A stretch of 64,000 nucleotides of DNA from Methanotrichaceae archaeon (GTDB lineage: Archaea > Halobacteriota > Methanosarcinia > Methanotrichales > Methanotrichaceae): contig CAWEXU010000030.1 of the NCBI GenBank assembly GCA_963813075.1, forward strand, positions 1 to 64,000, given 5' to 3'. The notes below the pieces were generated by a model. The model saw only the letters and a list, made by a program, of their open reading frames with translations, had not been told where the DNA came from and made no database searches. Positions 53,844-64,000 of the stretch are shown here, in pieces. Numbering within the stretch: position 1 is the stretch's first letter; each line of letters begins with the position of its first letter. Position numbers and translations under genes: made by a program.

Positions 53844-56800
53844 CTAGGACTGCACCCTGTTCAGCAGCCTGACCAGCTCATCCTTGATCACCGGCTTGGC
53901 GATATAGTCATCCATCCCCGACTCAAGACAGATCTCCCGATCGCCCTCCAGAGCATAGGCGGTGATGGCAACGATCTTCGGCCCATTCTCTGGCCAGCGC
54001 CTGCGTATCTCCTTGGTGGCGGTGATTCCATCCATCTCCGGCATCTTCACATCCATGAATATCAGATCGAAATCCCTCTGCTCAAGGGCCTGGAGGACCT
54101 CTTTTCCATTTGCCACCGCATTGGACCGGTAGCCCATCCTCTTGAGCATATCCACCAGAACCCTCTGATTGGAAGGATTATCTTCCGCCACCAGAATGCT
54201 CAGAGCCTCAGGCCTGATCGGTCCCGCGACCAAATCCACCCTTTCCGCCTCAAAAAGATTCAATTGGTCACTGGAGGCCACATCTGCCTGGATGGTGAAA
54301 TGGAAGGCGGAACCCTGGCCCGGACGGCTCTCCAACCAGATCTCTCCACCCATGAGCTCAACCAGCCTCTTGGCTATGGCCAGGCCCAGGCCGACACCGT
54401 CCCGCTTGCGGCTCATGACATGCTCCGCCTGGGTGAAGGGCTCGAAGATGGCATTCATCTTGTCTTCAGCTATGCCAATGCCTGTATCCCTGACACAGAA
54501 ATGGATCTGCCGCTTGTTTCCTTTTCCTTCTATGGAGTGGGAGCGGATGGATACCGAAATATCCCCCCGATCGGTGAACTTAACTGCATTGTCAAGCAAG
54601 TTCACCAGGATCTGCCTGAGACGGCCATGATCCCCGATGACGGTATCGGGCGTGCCGTAGCGGATGGTGTACTCCAGGTTCAGGCCCTTCTGGTCGGCTT
54701 TGACCATCACCATCTCCAAAGCCTCCTCAACGCAATGCCTGAGGCTGATGGGCTGATGCTCCAGCTCCACATTCTCCTTGTTGGCGCGGGAAAAGTCCAG
54801 GATGTCGTTGACCAGTCCTAAGAGAGCCTCTCCTCCATCTCTGATCCCCTCGATGTACTCTCTATGCTCGGATGCCAGTGGCTCATCCAGAAGAAGGCTG
54901 GTAAAACCAATAACCGCATTCAAAGGGGTGCGCAGCTCATGAGACATATTGGCCATGAAGTCCGCCTTGGCCTCAGCTGCCGCTTCCGCGGCCTCCTTCG
55001 CCTCTATCAGCTCCGTTTCAAGCTTTCTGTGTATCTCCAGCTCTTTTTGAAGCACCTCATTGGATAATTCCAGATTTTCCTTGGCCGTCTGAAGCTGGGC
55101 CGTCCTATCTTGCACCTTCTTTTCCAGATCATCGCGTGCCGCTCGCAGCTGTTCTTCCATCTGCTTTCTCTCGGTGATATCCTGACCCTGGGCAATGGTG
55201 GCCACAATCTTCGTCCTCTGCTCGTCGTATATGTTAGCGGAGTTCCAGAGGACTACATGCACTGAGCCATCAGCATTCAGAATCGGTATCTCTATGACCT
55301 CCCAGTACTCGCCGGAAAGAGTTCGGCGGATGTATTCCAGAGAGGCTTCTTTGCTCTCTTCCGGGAAGAGGATTTCCAGGGGCCTGCCCACCACCTCCTT
55401 CGCATCCAGACCGGTTAGCTTCTCAAAGGCGTGATTGAACCTGGTGACGAGAAATGAAGTATCCCAGACTATGATAGGAGCATTGGCATAATCGATAAGG
55501 CTCTCAAGATAATCCCTGGCCTCACGCAGAGCATCCTCGGCCTGTTTTCGCTCCGTTATGTCCTGGCCCTGGGCGATGGTGGCGATGATAGTAGACCGAT
55601 CCCGGTCATAGACATTTGCTGAGTTCCACAGGACTGTGCGCACTGAGCCATCCGCTCTTTGAATGGGGATCTCCACCACCTCCCAGCGCTCGCCGGATAG
55701 TGTTCTGCGGATATATTCCAGTGAGGCCTCTTTGCTCATTTCCGGGAAGAGGATTTCCAGGGGCCTGCCCACGACCTCCTCCGCAGCCAGGCCGGTCAGG
55801 GTCTCAAAGGCATGGTTGAACCTGGTGACAAGGAATGAGGTGTCCCAGACGATGATGGGAGCATTGGCATAGTCGATGAGGTTCTCCAGGTAGTTTTGCG
55901 CTTCTCGCAAAGCTGCCTCCACCTCTTTACGCCAGGTGATATCTCTGCTGCTTGTTCTGCGCCCCAGCCACCTTCCGTCCTGGGCAAACACGGGCTGACA
56001 TAAGTGACTGATCCACATAACCACGCCATTTGCCTTAACGATGCGATAGTCCAGCCTCGCTGGATCCGCGTCCTTATCGTAGTGGATCTTCAGGTGCTCT
56101 TCAAAGGCACTCCTGTCATCTGGATGGGCAATGTCTAAGGCAAGGCCGGGGTTTTCTATGAAATCTCTGGCCGCAAAACCGGTTATCTTTTCGCACGATG
56201 GTGAAACGTATAGATAGTCACCATCTGGATCCATCCAGGTCTCCCAGTCCGAGGTGAACTCTGCAATCAACCGGAACTTCTCCTCGCTTTTCCTCAAGGC
56301 CTCCTCGGCCCTTTTACGCATGATGCATTCGAGGATGGTGGGAGCCAACGCCTCCATCACCTTTTGATCTTCCCAGCGATATCCGCCTTCACGATTGCCA
56401 AGGCATATTATGCCCACGGTCCTGCCATTGTGGACCAGGGGCACACCGAGAAATTCTCTCAAGCATTGATTGGCACTGGGCCTTCCAGTTCCTTCAGGGT
56501 GAGAGGAATTGTTGGCTGTGAGGATGATCCTGCCTTCCTGAACAACCCTGCCGCACTTATCCAGTATCTCGCAGGCACTCTTTTGCCCGGACCCTTCTCT
56601 CAGTTCAGCCGTCTCGCACCTATCCCTTCCAGGGTGAATGAATGCGATCTCATGAAAGAGGCCATCCTTATCTACCTCACCAATAAAGCCGCAATTGCTA
56701 TCAGTTATTGCGGCGGCGATATCCAGGCAGGCTCGCACCAGATCTCCCAATGTCTCGCAGCGCATGGCATCTTCATAGACCTGATTTATTGCACATAAAA

Positions 56801-57446
56801 TAATATTTTGATAATTAATCTTATCCTTAATTTGTCTGCTCTCAGTAATATCATGTACCACAGATACAGATCCGATAATTTTGCCATCAGCATCCCTAAC
56901 CGGGGCGGCATTGACCTGACGATAGCGCAGCTCTCCTGTGGCAGGAGTTCTTATTATCTCCTCCAGGTCTTTCACCGTCTCTCCCTGCAGGGCTCGCAAT
57001 GGAGGGGCCTCATCGATAGGGCGGGGGCTACCATCTATGCGATAGACCTCCAGAATCGAGGCGAAATCTTCGATATCTACCTCTTCTTTCGAGGTAATTT
57101 TGAACTCACTGGCAGCAGAGGGATTTGCCAGAGTGAACTTTTTATTTATATCCGCAAACCAGATCTCATCACCGATGCTGTTTAAGAGTGCATATAGCTT
57201 ATCTCTCTCCTCCTGGACAATGGATAGCATTCTCTCTCTTTCTTTTGCTGCCGAAAGCATCCGGTCATTCTGCAGGCGGATATTCTCTAGATCTGCAAAC
57301 AGATCGTCCAGGCTGGCCTGGAGCCCGGCCAGGCCGTCGGATAGGATTTCAGCCGCATTTGCTGAGCGATCCATGCTCTTTGCCCTGAAGTCATCCAACT
57401 GCGTCCGAATATCGGATACTCTTTGGGAGAGTTTATCGTCCGCCAT
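53844..57446 (-). CDS. Hybrid sensor histidine kinase (PAS, GAF, PAS x3, HisKA, HATPase, REC)
   Basis: MSHELRTPL, NLLDNAVKFT, DTGIG, GLGLAI, LVAEDN and MDVKMPEMDG. Confidence 0.95.
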   Translation of the reverse strand: MADDKLSQRVSDIRTQLDDFRAKSMDRSANAAEILSDGLAGLQASLDDLFADLENIRLQNDRMLSAAKERERMLSIVQEERDKLYALLNSIGDEIWFADINKKFTLANPSAASEFKITSKEEVDIEDFASILEVYRIDGSPRPIDEAPPLRALQGETVKDLEEIIRTPATGELRYRQVNAAPVRDADGKIIGSVSVVHDITESRQIKDKINYQNIILCAINQVYEDAMRCETLGDLVRACLDIAAAITDSNCGFIGEVDKDGLFHEIAFIHPGRDRCETAELREGSGQKSACEILDKCGRVVQEGRIILTANNSSHPEGTGRPSANQCLREFLGVPLVHNGRTVGIICLGNREGGYRWEDQKVMEALAPTILECIMRKRAEEALRKSEEKFRLIAEFTSDWETWMDPDGDYLYVSPSCEKITGFAARDFIENPGLALDIAHPDDRSAFEEHLKIHYDKDADPARLDYRIVKANGVVMWISHLCQPVFAQDGRWLGRRTSSRDITWRKEVEAALREAQNYLENLIDYANAPIIVWDTSFLVTRFNHAFETLTGLAAEEVVGRPLEILFPEMSKEASLEYIRRTLSGERWEVVEIPIQRADGSVRTVLWNSANVYDRDRSTIIATIAQGQDITERKQAEDALREARDYLESLIDYANAPIIVWDTSFLVTRFNHAFEKLTGLDAKEVVGRPLEILFPEESKEASLEYIRRTLSGEYWEVIEIPILNADGSVHVVLWNSANIYDEQRTKIVATIAQGQDITERKQMEEQLRAARDDLEKKVQDRTAQLQTAKENLELSNEVLQKELEIHRKLETELIEAKEAAEAAAEAKADFMANMSHELRTPLNAVIGFTSLLLDEPLASEHREYIEGIRDGGEALLGLVNDILDFSRANKENVELEHQPISLRHCVEEALEMVMVKADQKGLNLEYTIRYGTPDTVIGDHGRLRQILVNLLDNAVKFTDRGDISVSIRSHSIEGKGNKRQIHFCVRDTGIGIAEDKMNAIFEPFTQAEHVMSRKRDGVGLGLAIAKRLVELMGGEIWLESRPGQGSAFHFTIQADVASSDQLNLFEAERVDLVAGPIRPEALSILVAEDNPSNQRVLVDMLKRMGYRSNAVANGKEVLQALEQRDFDLIFMDVKMPEMDGITATKEIRRRWPENGPKIVAITAYALEGDREICLESGMDDYIAKPVIKDELVRLLNRVQS

Positions 57447-57549
57447 ATCTTTGCCCTCTGGCCGATCTTGCCCAGTCGAGCACTTATCAATGATAATATA
57501 AGTCGCTGCCGATGAGATTGCTCCCGGGGCGAGCGGGTCAGCCCTGGCA

Positions 57550-58641
57550 TCACCGGCTCGATCCTTTCCCCCTTATTCTTTTAAACTCCTCTAAGAAACG
57601 ATCATTCTCCTCCGGTCGGCCTACAGTGACCCGCAGGCAATTGTTGCCGCAGCCCGGAAATGAGCTGCAGTCTCGCACAATGATTCCTTTGCGGAGCAGA
57701 CGGTCTACAACCGTTCGAGCCTTTTCCTCGGTCTGAATATAGAGGAAGTTGCCCTGAGAAGAACGGTCCAGATGCAGAGATTCAGCCATCCTCTCCCTCT
57801 CTAAAACTATATTTCTCACTCTCTCCTTCATCCAGTCCAGATCCTGAAGAGCGGCCACGCCGGCGGCGAGAGATGGGCTGCTTATGCTGAACAGAGGGGC
57901 AACCCTCCGGTACTCCCTGGCGATCCATTCCGGTGCCACCGCATATCCCAGCCTCAGCCCGGCCAGGCCGAAGGCTTTGGAGAGAGTCCGGCCCACCACC
58001 AGGTTCTCGTGCTCCCGGACGAGGTCGATCAGGCTCTTTTCGGCGAACTCCACATAGGCCTCGTCCAGGAAGACGATGGCACGGGTTTCTTCCAGAATCT
58101 CCCTCACCCTCGACTCCGTCAGGGCATTTCCCGTGGGATTGTTCGGGGAGCAGAGAAATACCATCTTAACGCCCTCAGGGATTCTGGGATCAACATCCCA
58201 GCCCATGAGCCTCTCCTGATAGATCGGCCGGGCAGCGCAAAGCTCTGTTGCCAGGCCATACAGGTTGTAGGTCGGCACAGGAACCAAAACCCGGTCACCA
58301 GGCCCAAGGAAGATCCGACAGATGGTGGTTATGATCTCATCCATTCCCGCACCGGCAACCAGGCTCTGATCCGGGTAGCCGGTATATCTTGAGAGGGCTG
58401 AAATAAAAGGCCTCAAGTCCGGATATCTGTTGAGTCTGGCCTGGCTCAGGGCGGCTGTGGCATGAGGACTGGGGCCATAAGGGTTCTCGTTCCGGCTGAG
58501 GATGGCAAGGCTGGCTACGGGAATGCCAAATCTCAGCGCGATCTGTTCAGGATCCGGTCCCGCCTCATCCTCCACCAATCGATGGATATGATCCAGGACG
58601 TTTTTCTTATAATCATTTTTCGTATAATCATCTGGATGCAT
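57550..58641 (-). CDS. hisC: Histidinol-phosphate aminotransferase
   Basis: NENPYGPS, SPNNPTG, DEAY.EF and RTLSKAFGLAGLRLGY. Confidence 0.92.
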   Translation of the reverse strand: MHPDDYTKNDYKKNVLDHIHRLVEDEAGPDPEQIALRFGIPVASLAILSRNENPYGPSPHATAALSQARLNRYPDLRPFISALSRYTGYPDQSLVAGAGMDEIITTICRIFLGPGDRVLVPVPTYNLYGLATELCAARPIYQERLMGWDVDPRIPEGVKMVFLCSPNNPTGNALTESRVREILEETRAIVFLDEAYVEFAEKSLIDLVREHENLVVGRTLSKAFGLAGLRLGYAVAPEWIAREYRRVAPLFSISSPSLAAGVAALQDLDWMKERVRNIVLERERMAESLHLDRSSQGNFLYIQTEEKARTVVDRLLRKGIIVRDCSSFPGCGNNCLRVTVGRPEENDRFLEEFKRIRGKGSSR

Positions 58642-58740
58642 CGCATCCTTTCATCAGAGGAGAGGAGTATTTAGCTCTTGGCAGAATATCCGCATCGGAC
58701 AACAAAATCCTTTTATCTTCCCCCTGCCTTCCGTACCGGC

Positions 58741-59565
58741 ATGTTCAAGATCGGCTTTGTGAAGCTCGGAAACATAGCCACCTCGACGGCTATTGATCTA
58801 TCCCTGGATGAGATAGCAGAGAGAACGGATATAGAGTTCAAGATCGTCAGCTTCGGCCCCAAGATGACAGAGAAGGAGGGAAAGGCGGCAGAAGAGCTAA
58901 AAGACTGGCAGCCTCAACTGGTGGTCATCAGCAGCCCCAATGCCGCTACCGCAGGTCCCACCGCCGCCCGGGGGATGTTCAAGGGGACGCCCACCATCAT
59001 CATCTCCGACGGCCCGAGCAAAAAAGAGGCTCGCGAGGCTCTTTCTGCCGAAGGCTTCGGCTACATCATCCTTCCCATGGACCCCCTCATCGGAGCGAAA
59101 AGGGAGTTCCTGGACCCGGCGGAGATGGCTCTCTTCAACTCCGATGCCCTGCGGGTCCTGGCGGCCTGCGGAGCCATCCGCCTGGTGCAGGAGGAGCTGG
59201 ACAGGACCATGTCCAGCATCATCGCCGGCCAGGCCATGTTGCCGGCAATTCTGGCCACTCCGGAGAAATGCGCCGAAAGGATGCACTTTTCCAACCCCTA
59301 TGCCCGAGCGAAAGCGATGGGTGCCCTCTATATGGCTCAGACGGTGGCCAGCATAGATGCTGCTGCCTGCTTCCGCTTAAAGGAGCTGGAGCCGATCGCC
59401 CTCACTGCTGCCGCAGGGCACGAAGTCATGCGGGCAGCTGCCCGTCTGGCCGATGAGTCCAGGGAGCTGGAGAAGGCGAATGATACCGTATCCCGCCACC
59501 CCCACGCCCGCACGGGAGAGCTGATGCAAAAGGTGGGCCTCCTGGATAAGCCGGAGAGGATCTAG
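58741..59565 (+). CDS. mtd: F420-dependent methylene-H4MPT dehydrogenase
   Basis: K.GNI, LDE.A.R.DI, SPNAA..GP, D..IGAKREFLDP.EMALFN.D, NPYA.AKA and AHE-like motif. Confidence 0.92.
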   Translation: MFKIGFVKLGNIATSTAIDLSLDEIAERTDIEFKIVSFGPKMTEKEGKAAEELKDWQPQLVVISSPNAATAGPTAARGMFKGTPTIIISDGPSKKEAREALSAEGFGYIILPMDPLIGAKREFLDPAEMALFNSDALRVLAACGAIRLVQEELDRTMSSIIAGQAMLPAILATPEKCAERMHFSNPYARAKAMGALYMAQTVASIDAAACFRLKELEPIALTAAAGHEVMRAAARLADESRELEKANDTVSRHPHARTGELMQKVGLLDKPERI

Positions 59566-59810
59566 AACACTTTCGTCCCGCGCGGATTGGGGCTAAATAG
59601 CAGCCCAGAATATCTCAATCTCAATAAAGGAAGAACTGCAGCCCGCCCCCTACATGCTTCTGGGTGATGAAGGGCTGCCTTCCCCTGAATTTCTTCTCAA
59701 GACAAGTGAGCATAGTTCATGAAAAAAGATAAAGCGTCCTACTGCCAGATCAGGGATTACATCCTCTCTGATAGAAAGAAATAAAGCACCCTATCGCCTG
59801 TCCTTAGACA

Positions 59811-60569
59811 ATGGCTCTGCTGGAGATAAAAGGAGTATACAAGCACTTTTTTGCCGATGGCAAGCAGATGGAGGCCTTGCGTGACATCAATCTGACCATC
59901 GGGGAGAATCAGTTCGTCTGCTTCATAGGGCCCTCGGGGTGCGGAAAGACCACGCTGCTGCGCATAGTTGCCGGGCTGGAGGCACCAACCCAGGGCACAG
60001 TCACAATTGATGGCCAGCCCATAAAGGGCCCCTCCCCGGAGAGGGGGATGGTCTTTCAGGAGTACTCCCTCTTCCCCTGGCAAACCATCCTGGACAATAC
60101 GGTATTCGGCCTGGAATTGAAGGGCATAGATAAAGCCAAAAGAGAGGAGATGGGAAGACAGTATCTGAAAATGGTGGGCCTGGAGGGCTTTGAGAAGCGC
60201 TATCCTCATGAGCTCTCCGGGGGAATGAAGCAGAGGGTGGCCATTGCCAGGGCGCTGGTCAACGACCCCAAGGCCATTCTCATGGACGAGCCCTTTGGAG
60301 CCCTGGACGCCCAGACCCGCAACACCATGCAGTCCGAGCTGCTCAGAATCTGGGAGGAGGAGAAGAAGACGGTGATCTTCGTCACCCACAGCGTTGACGA
60401 GGCCATCTACCTGGCCGATACCATAGTGATCATGTCCGCTCGACCGGGGAGGATAAAGGATATAATTGATATTCCCCTGCCCCGACCCAGGAACAGGACC
60501 AGCACTGAGGTCAACCAGATAAGGGATCGCATCCTCTGCGACCTGCGCTCGGAGATTGCCAGCTGCTGA
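59811..60569 (+). CDS. NitT/TauT-type ABC transporter ATP-binding protein
   Basis: [36 protein letters not shown] and SARPGRI. Confidence 0.92.
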   Translation: MALLEIKGVYKHFFADGKQMEALRDINLTIGENQFVCFIGPSGCGKTTLLRIVAGLEAPTQGTVTIDGQPIKGPSPERGMVFQEYSLFPWQTILDNTVFGLELKGIDKAKREEMGRQYLKMVGLEGFEKRYPHELSGGMKQRVAIARALVNDPKAILMDEPFGALDAQTRNTMQSELLRIWEEEKKTVIFVTHSVDEAIYLADTIVIMSARPGRIKDIIDIPLPRPRNRTSTEVNQIRDRILCDLRSEIASC

Positions 60570-60624
60570 GGATATGGTTTTATATCGCCGAAGAGCATTA
60601 CTATCTCACTTCATTTTTTAGCAG

Positions 60625-61683
60625 GTGAGGCATTTGACGGGATCGAGATGGATGGAGCTTCCGCGCATAGTGGCCGTGGGAAGCGGGGCGATATTGGAGC
60701 TACCCCAGATCTGCTCTTATCTGCATCTTGTGGGGCCAGGCCTCATTGTCACCGGACCACATACCGATGATGTTGTGGGCAAAGCAATATTCCAGCTGCT
60801 GGATAAGGGTGGCCACCAGCCCCAGACGCTCGTCTGCACCGCTTCAAAGCTCGATGAAGTGGATCGCGCAGAGGCGATGGCCAGAGAGATAAAGGCCGGA
60901 TTTCTGGTCGGCGCCGGTGGAGGCAGATCGATCGATATCGCCAAGATCGCCTCCATGAGGACGGATATTCCCTTCCTCTCCCTGCCCACTGCCGCTTCGC
61001 ACGATGGCATCTGCTCGTCTTTGGCCTCTCTGACCGTCAATGGGGAAACGGTATCCCTTCCTGCCCAGTCCCCCCTGGCCATAGTCGCCGATACCAGGAT
61101 AATAGCCCAGGCACCGGCCAGGCTCCTCGCCGCCGGCTGCGGGGATATCATCTCCAACTACACCGCTATTTTGGACTGGCAGCTAGCCCACCGGATGAGA
61201 GGTGAGGAGCTGAGCGAGTATGCCTCCGCCCTCTCCGATATGACCGCCAGAATGATCGTCGAGCGTGCTTCAGATATCCGGCCGGGGCTGGAGGAATCGG
61301 CAAAGATCGTGGTCAAGGCCCTGATATCCAGCGGAGTGGCGATGAGCATTGCCGGCTCATCCCGTCCGGCGAGCGGCTCAGAGCATAAGTTCGCCCATTC
61401 GGTCAACCGCATAGCTCCGGGAAGAGCCCTGCACGGGGAACTCTGCGGCCTGGGTACCATAATGATGATGTATTTGCATGGCAAAGACTGGAAGATGATA
61501 AAGGAGGCTCTGGCCAAAGTGGGAGCGCCCACCTCAGCCGACCAGATTGGACTGGATGCGGAGACGGTAGTGGAGGCCCTGGTGAACGCCCATAAGGTTC
61601 GACCGGAACGCTATACCATCCTGGATAATGGCCTGAACCGGATGGCTGCTGCCAGGGCCGCTGAAGCTACAGGAGTGATTTAG
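60625..61683 (+). CDS. egsA: Glycerol-1-phosphate dehydrogenase
   Basis: GGG.SID.AK, PTAASHDG, SSRPASGSEH.F.H and ALHGE. Confidence 0.95.
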   Translation: MRHLTGSRWMELPRIVAVGSGAILELPQICSYLHLVGPGLIVTGPHTDDVVGKAIFQLLDKGGHQPQTLVCTASKLDEVDRAEAMAREIKAGFLVGAGGGRSIDIAKIASMRTDIPFLSLPTAASHDGICSSLASLTVNGETVSLPAQSPLAIVADTRIIAQAPARLLAAGCGDIISNYTAILDWQLAHRMRGEELSEYASALSDMTARMIVERASDIRPGLEESAKIVVKALISSGVAMSIAGSSRPASGSEHKFAHSVNRIAPGRALHGELCGLGTIMMMYLHGKDWKMIKEALAKVGAPTSADQIGLDAETVVEALVNAHKVRPERYTILDNGLNRMAAARAAEATGVI

Positions 61684-61904
61684 CAGAGATAAATACGAAA
61701 GAATGTAATGAGAGACAATAAGGATAGATAATATGAAGTTATGAAGTGATGGATAATAGAGAGATCAATAGTAAAAAAACAATAATAATATTAGTATATA
61801 ATAATGTATAATAATGTATGGCAATGTATAAAATAAAGCGTAAAAACCGTATAATAATTTGTGAATAACAATTAGCGAATAATGATTAATAAAGGGTGAG
61901 AAAA

Positions 61905-62354
61905 ATGTCAGAGGCATCTACACAAATCACATTGATTGGAACGAAGCTTGCCAGCATTGGCATGGAGTTCACCTTCATGGGCCCCACTCCGGAATGCGAA
62001 TCCTGCAAGCTGAGGAATACCTGCATCAATCTGGAGCCAAAGAGGCGCTACAGGGTGCTGGGAACGCGCGGAGAGCTGGTGCATGAGTGCCCCATTCATG
62101 AGTCAGGGGTCAGGGCGGTGGAGGTGGCGGAAAGCCCCATAATCGCGGCCTTCGATGCCAGAAAAGCATTTCCCGGCTCAAAAATAGTCTTTGAGGCCAT
62201 GAAATGCGACGACCCGGAATGCAGCATGTACGACATATGCCATCCCACCGGGCTGAAGGATGGTGAGAGGTGCACCATTGTCGAGGTGGTGGGGGAGGCG
62301 CCTGAGGACTGTCCCCGGGGGAATATCCTGAAGCTGGTGGAGTTTCGCCGCTAG
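61905..62354 (+). CDS. UPF0179-family protein
   Basis: ITLIG.KLA..G.EF...G...EC..CKL...C.NL..C.IH..GV..VEV; follows egsA. Confidence 0.88.
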   Translation: MSEASTQITLIGTKLASIGMEFTFMGPTPECESCKLRNTCINLEPKRRYRVLGTRGELVHECPIHESGVRAVEVAESPIIAAFDARKAFPGSKIVFEAMKCDDPECSMYDICHPTGLKDGERCTIVEVVGEAPEDCPRGNILKLVEFRR

Positions 62355-63350
62355 ATGAAGACCATAACCTATAGCAAAAATATTTTTCTTTCTGTAACTA
62401 ACCTCTGCCGCAACCGCTGCCAATACTGCTCTTTTCGAAGGGACCGGGACCAGGCCCAGCTGATCAGCCGGTCAGGAGCCATTCGTCTCCTGGAGGAGGG
62501 CCGGGATATTGGATGCTCCGAAGCCCTCTTCACTATGGGAGAGAGGCCAGGAGAGGTGGCGGGCTTCCAGAGAATGCTCGCCGATGCGGGCAGGGAGGAC
62601 CTATTAGATTATCTGATAGAGCTGTGCGAGCTGGCCATCGAGCATGACCTTCTGCCTCATACCAATGCCGGCCTCCTCACCGAAGAGGAATTGTCTCGCC
62701 TGCAGCCTTACAATGCCTCCATGGGACTGATGCTGGAAAGCAGCGCTTCTCTGGACGCCCATTTGGATTCTCCCGGAAAGAGCCCGCAGCTGCGGCGGGA
62801 GCATATCGCAAGGGCGGGCAGGCTGCGTATACCATTTACCACCGGCATTCTGGTGGGCATAGGGGAGAGCTGGCAGGACAGGATCCAATCCATTCAGGCC
62901 ATAGCCCGCCTGCACGATGAGTTTGGCCATATCCAGGAGGTCATAGTGCAGCCCTTTGACCCCAAACCGGGAACAGCCATGGCATCCGTCCCCCGCCCGG
63001 AAGAGGAGGACCTGGTCCGGACGGTAGGACTTGCCCGCGAACTCCTTCCCATAGAGGTGGCGGTCCAGGTCCCACCCAACCTGGCTGACCCTCTGCCCCT
63101 GGTAGAGGCAGGAGCAGACGACCTGGGAGGGATCAGCCCCATAACCCGGGATGGGATAAATCCTGATAGCTGCTGGCCGGGAGAGGAGGAGCTGAAAGAT
63201 CGCCTTTTCGCTTATGATCTGAAAGAGAGGCTGCCTGTCTATCCCCGGTTTATAAAGAAGGGATGGCACGGCCACAAGACCCACAGGCTGACTGCTGAAC
63301 TGGCAGGCGAAGACGGCCTGCGGCGAAAAAGTATATCTTCCTGGGGATGA
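62355..63350 (+). CDS. cofG: FO synthase subunit CofG (radical SAM)
   Basis: ITYSKNIF, CxxxCxx[33 protein letters not shown] and DLGGISP.T. Confidence 0.93.
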   Translation: MKTITYSKNIFLSVTNLCRNRCQYCSFRRDRDQAQLISRSGAIRLLEEGRDIGCSEALFTMGERPGEVAGFQRMLADAGREDLLDYLIELCELAIEHDLLPHTNAGLLTEEELSRLQPYNASMGLMLESSASLDAHLDSPGKSPQLRREHIARAGRLRIPFTTGILVGIGESWQDRIQSIQAIARLHDEFGHIQEVIVQPFDPKPGTAMASVPRPEEEDLVRTVGLARELLPIEVAVQVPPNLADPLPLVEAGADDLGGISPITRDGINPDSCWPGEEELKDRLFAYDLKERLPVYPRFIKKGWHGHKTHRLTAELAGEDGLRRKSISSWG

Positions 63351-63541
63351 AGGTGAGTTTCGTGAAGAAGAAATATATTGAGATAGGGCTGAGCACCGGC
63401 CTGGTGCTTTTCATGATCATCCTCATTTTGGGGGCACAGATGACCCTCCCCGCAGGAGAGAGAGGATCAAGCATAGCCATTATAATCCTGCTTTTCATTG
63501 TGGCCATGGGCATTGTGGGATTGAAGCTGGATGATATGTAG
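63347..63541 (+). CDS. Small membrane protein
   Basis: Two TM helices; ATGA overlap with cofG. Confidence 0.7.
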   Translation: MKVSFVKKKYIEIGLSTGLVLFMIILILGAQMTLPAGERGSSIAIIILLFIVAMGIVGLKLDDM

Positions 63542-63593
63542 CTGCGTTAAATATAAATATAATAATACACATTTCCCATTGAGGGATTCTTAG

Positions 63594-63959
63594 ATGGCAG
63601 GATTTCTGGAGAAGCTCAAGCTCATTGGTAAGTCCAGCGAGCAGGATTACACTGAGGTGGATCTAAGCCAGTTCGAAGAGCCCAGGGGCTCGAATGAGAT
63701 CGTCCTGCGGGTGGCGGAGATGGGACGGATTGAGGTTCTGCCTGAGGTCAAACAGGAGATCTACAATGGCAATATCGTCCTGGTGGATATTGCCGGCCTG
63801 AAAAGGGATAAAGCCGCCCTGGATAGAGCGATCGGCGAATTGAAAAAGGCGGTCGAGGATGTATCAGGAGACATTGCCGGCATCGGAGACGACCTGATAG
63901 TCCTGGTTCCAAACGGCATAAAGATAGACCGCGAAAAAGTAGTCGGAGGAAAAGATTGA
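63594..63959 (+). CDS. sepF: Cell division protein SepF
   Basis: VK.EIY.GNIV.VDI..GDIAG.G...I...P....IDR.K, typical of archaeal SepF. Confidence 0.88.
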   Translation: MAGFLEKLKLIGKSSEQDYTEVDLSQFEEPRGSNEIVLRVAEMGRIEVLPEVKQEIYNGNIVLVDIAGLKRDKAALDRAIGELKKAVEDVSGDIAGIGDDLIVLVPNGIKIDREKVVGGKD

Positions 63960-64000
63960 ATCTTACAACCAATGCTAACTGCCCTGTATGCTCTGCCCAG
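63956..64000 (+). CDS. Probable ZPR1 zinc-finger protein (5' fragment at the window edge)
   Basis: TTG start overlapping the sepF stop, with CPVC. The sepF-ZPR1 order is common in methanogens. Only 15 codons are visible. Confidence 0.45.
   Translation, partial: MNLTTNANCPVCSAQ

Noticed and set aside
58678..58740. N-terminal extension of Mtd
   Set aside because: Homology begins at ATG 58741.
61690..61890. AT-rich gap with ATAATGTAT-like repeats as a replication origin
   Set aside because: No ORB-like boxes or cdc6/orc1 nearby; it looks like low-complexity intergenic slippage.

Overview
Archaeal DNA, most likely from a Methanothrix/Methanosaeta-like methanogen. This is inferred from gene content (mtd, fae, cofG, egsA, thermosome, intron-containing tRNA-Tyr, sepF followed by a ZPR1-like gene), not from a database search. 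The window has two parts. (1) Bases 1-16,900 are an accessory defence island that abuts the 3' end of a tRNA-Val/tRNA-Phe pair. It holds a type IIG restriction-modification gene, four copies or fragments of mrr, a decayed IS481, an orphan IS21-like end, RelBE and HicAB toxin-antitoxin pairs, a MazF-like relic, AT-rich orphan genes and two families of non-coding repeats. (2) Bases 17,200-64,000 are mostly core genome: carAB, an MFS transporter, a ~3,100-aa repetitive surface protein, fae, guaAA, thermosome-grpE-dnaK-dnaJ, pstB-phoU-phoU/AbrB, a subtilase, tRNA-Tyr/tRNA-Asp, a hybrid histidine kinase, hisC, mtd, egsA, cofG and sepF. The best candidate for an undescribed system is a ~553-bp non-coding direct repeat (12829-13382 and 15674-16226). 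On the minus strand it has an archaeal TATA box followed by ~470 nt that can be hand-folded into a multi-domain RNA with long-range stems and UNCG/GNRA tetraloops, and some differences between the copies preserve pairing. A second, smaller fold-back repeat (three copies) is joined to truncated mrr copies, so the island looks like an array that grows at recurring anchor segments. Isolated frameshifts also hit housekeeping genes (carB, dnaJ, phoU/AbrB), which suggests residual assembly indels, so pseudogene calls are provisional. All RNA pairings were worked out by eye, not computed.
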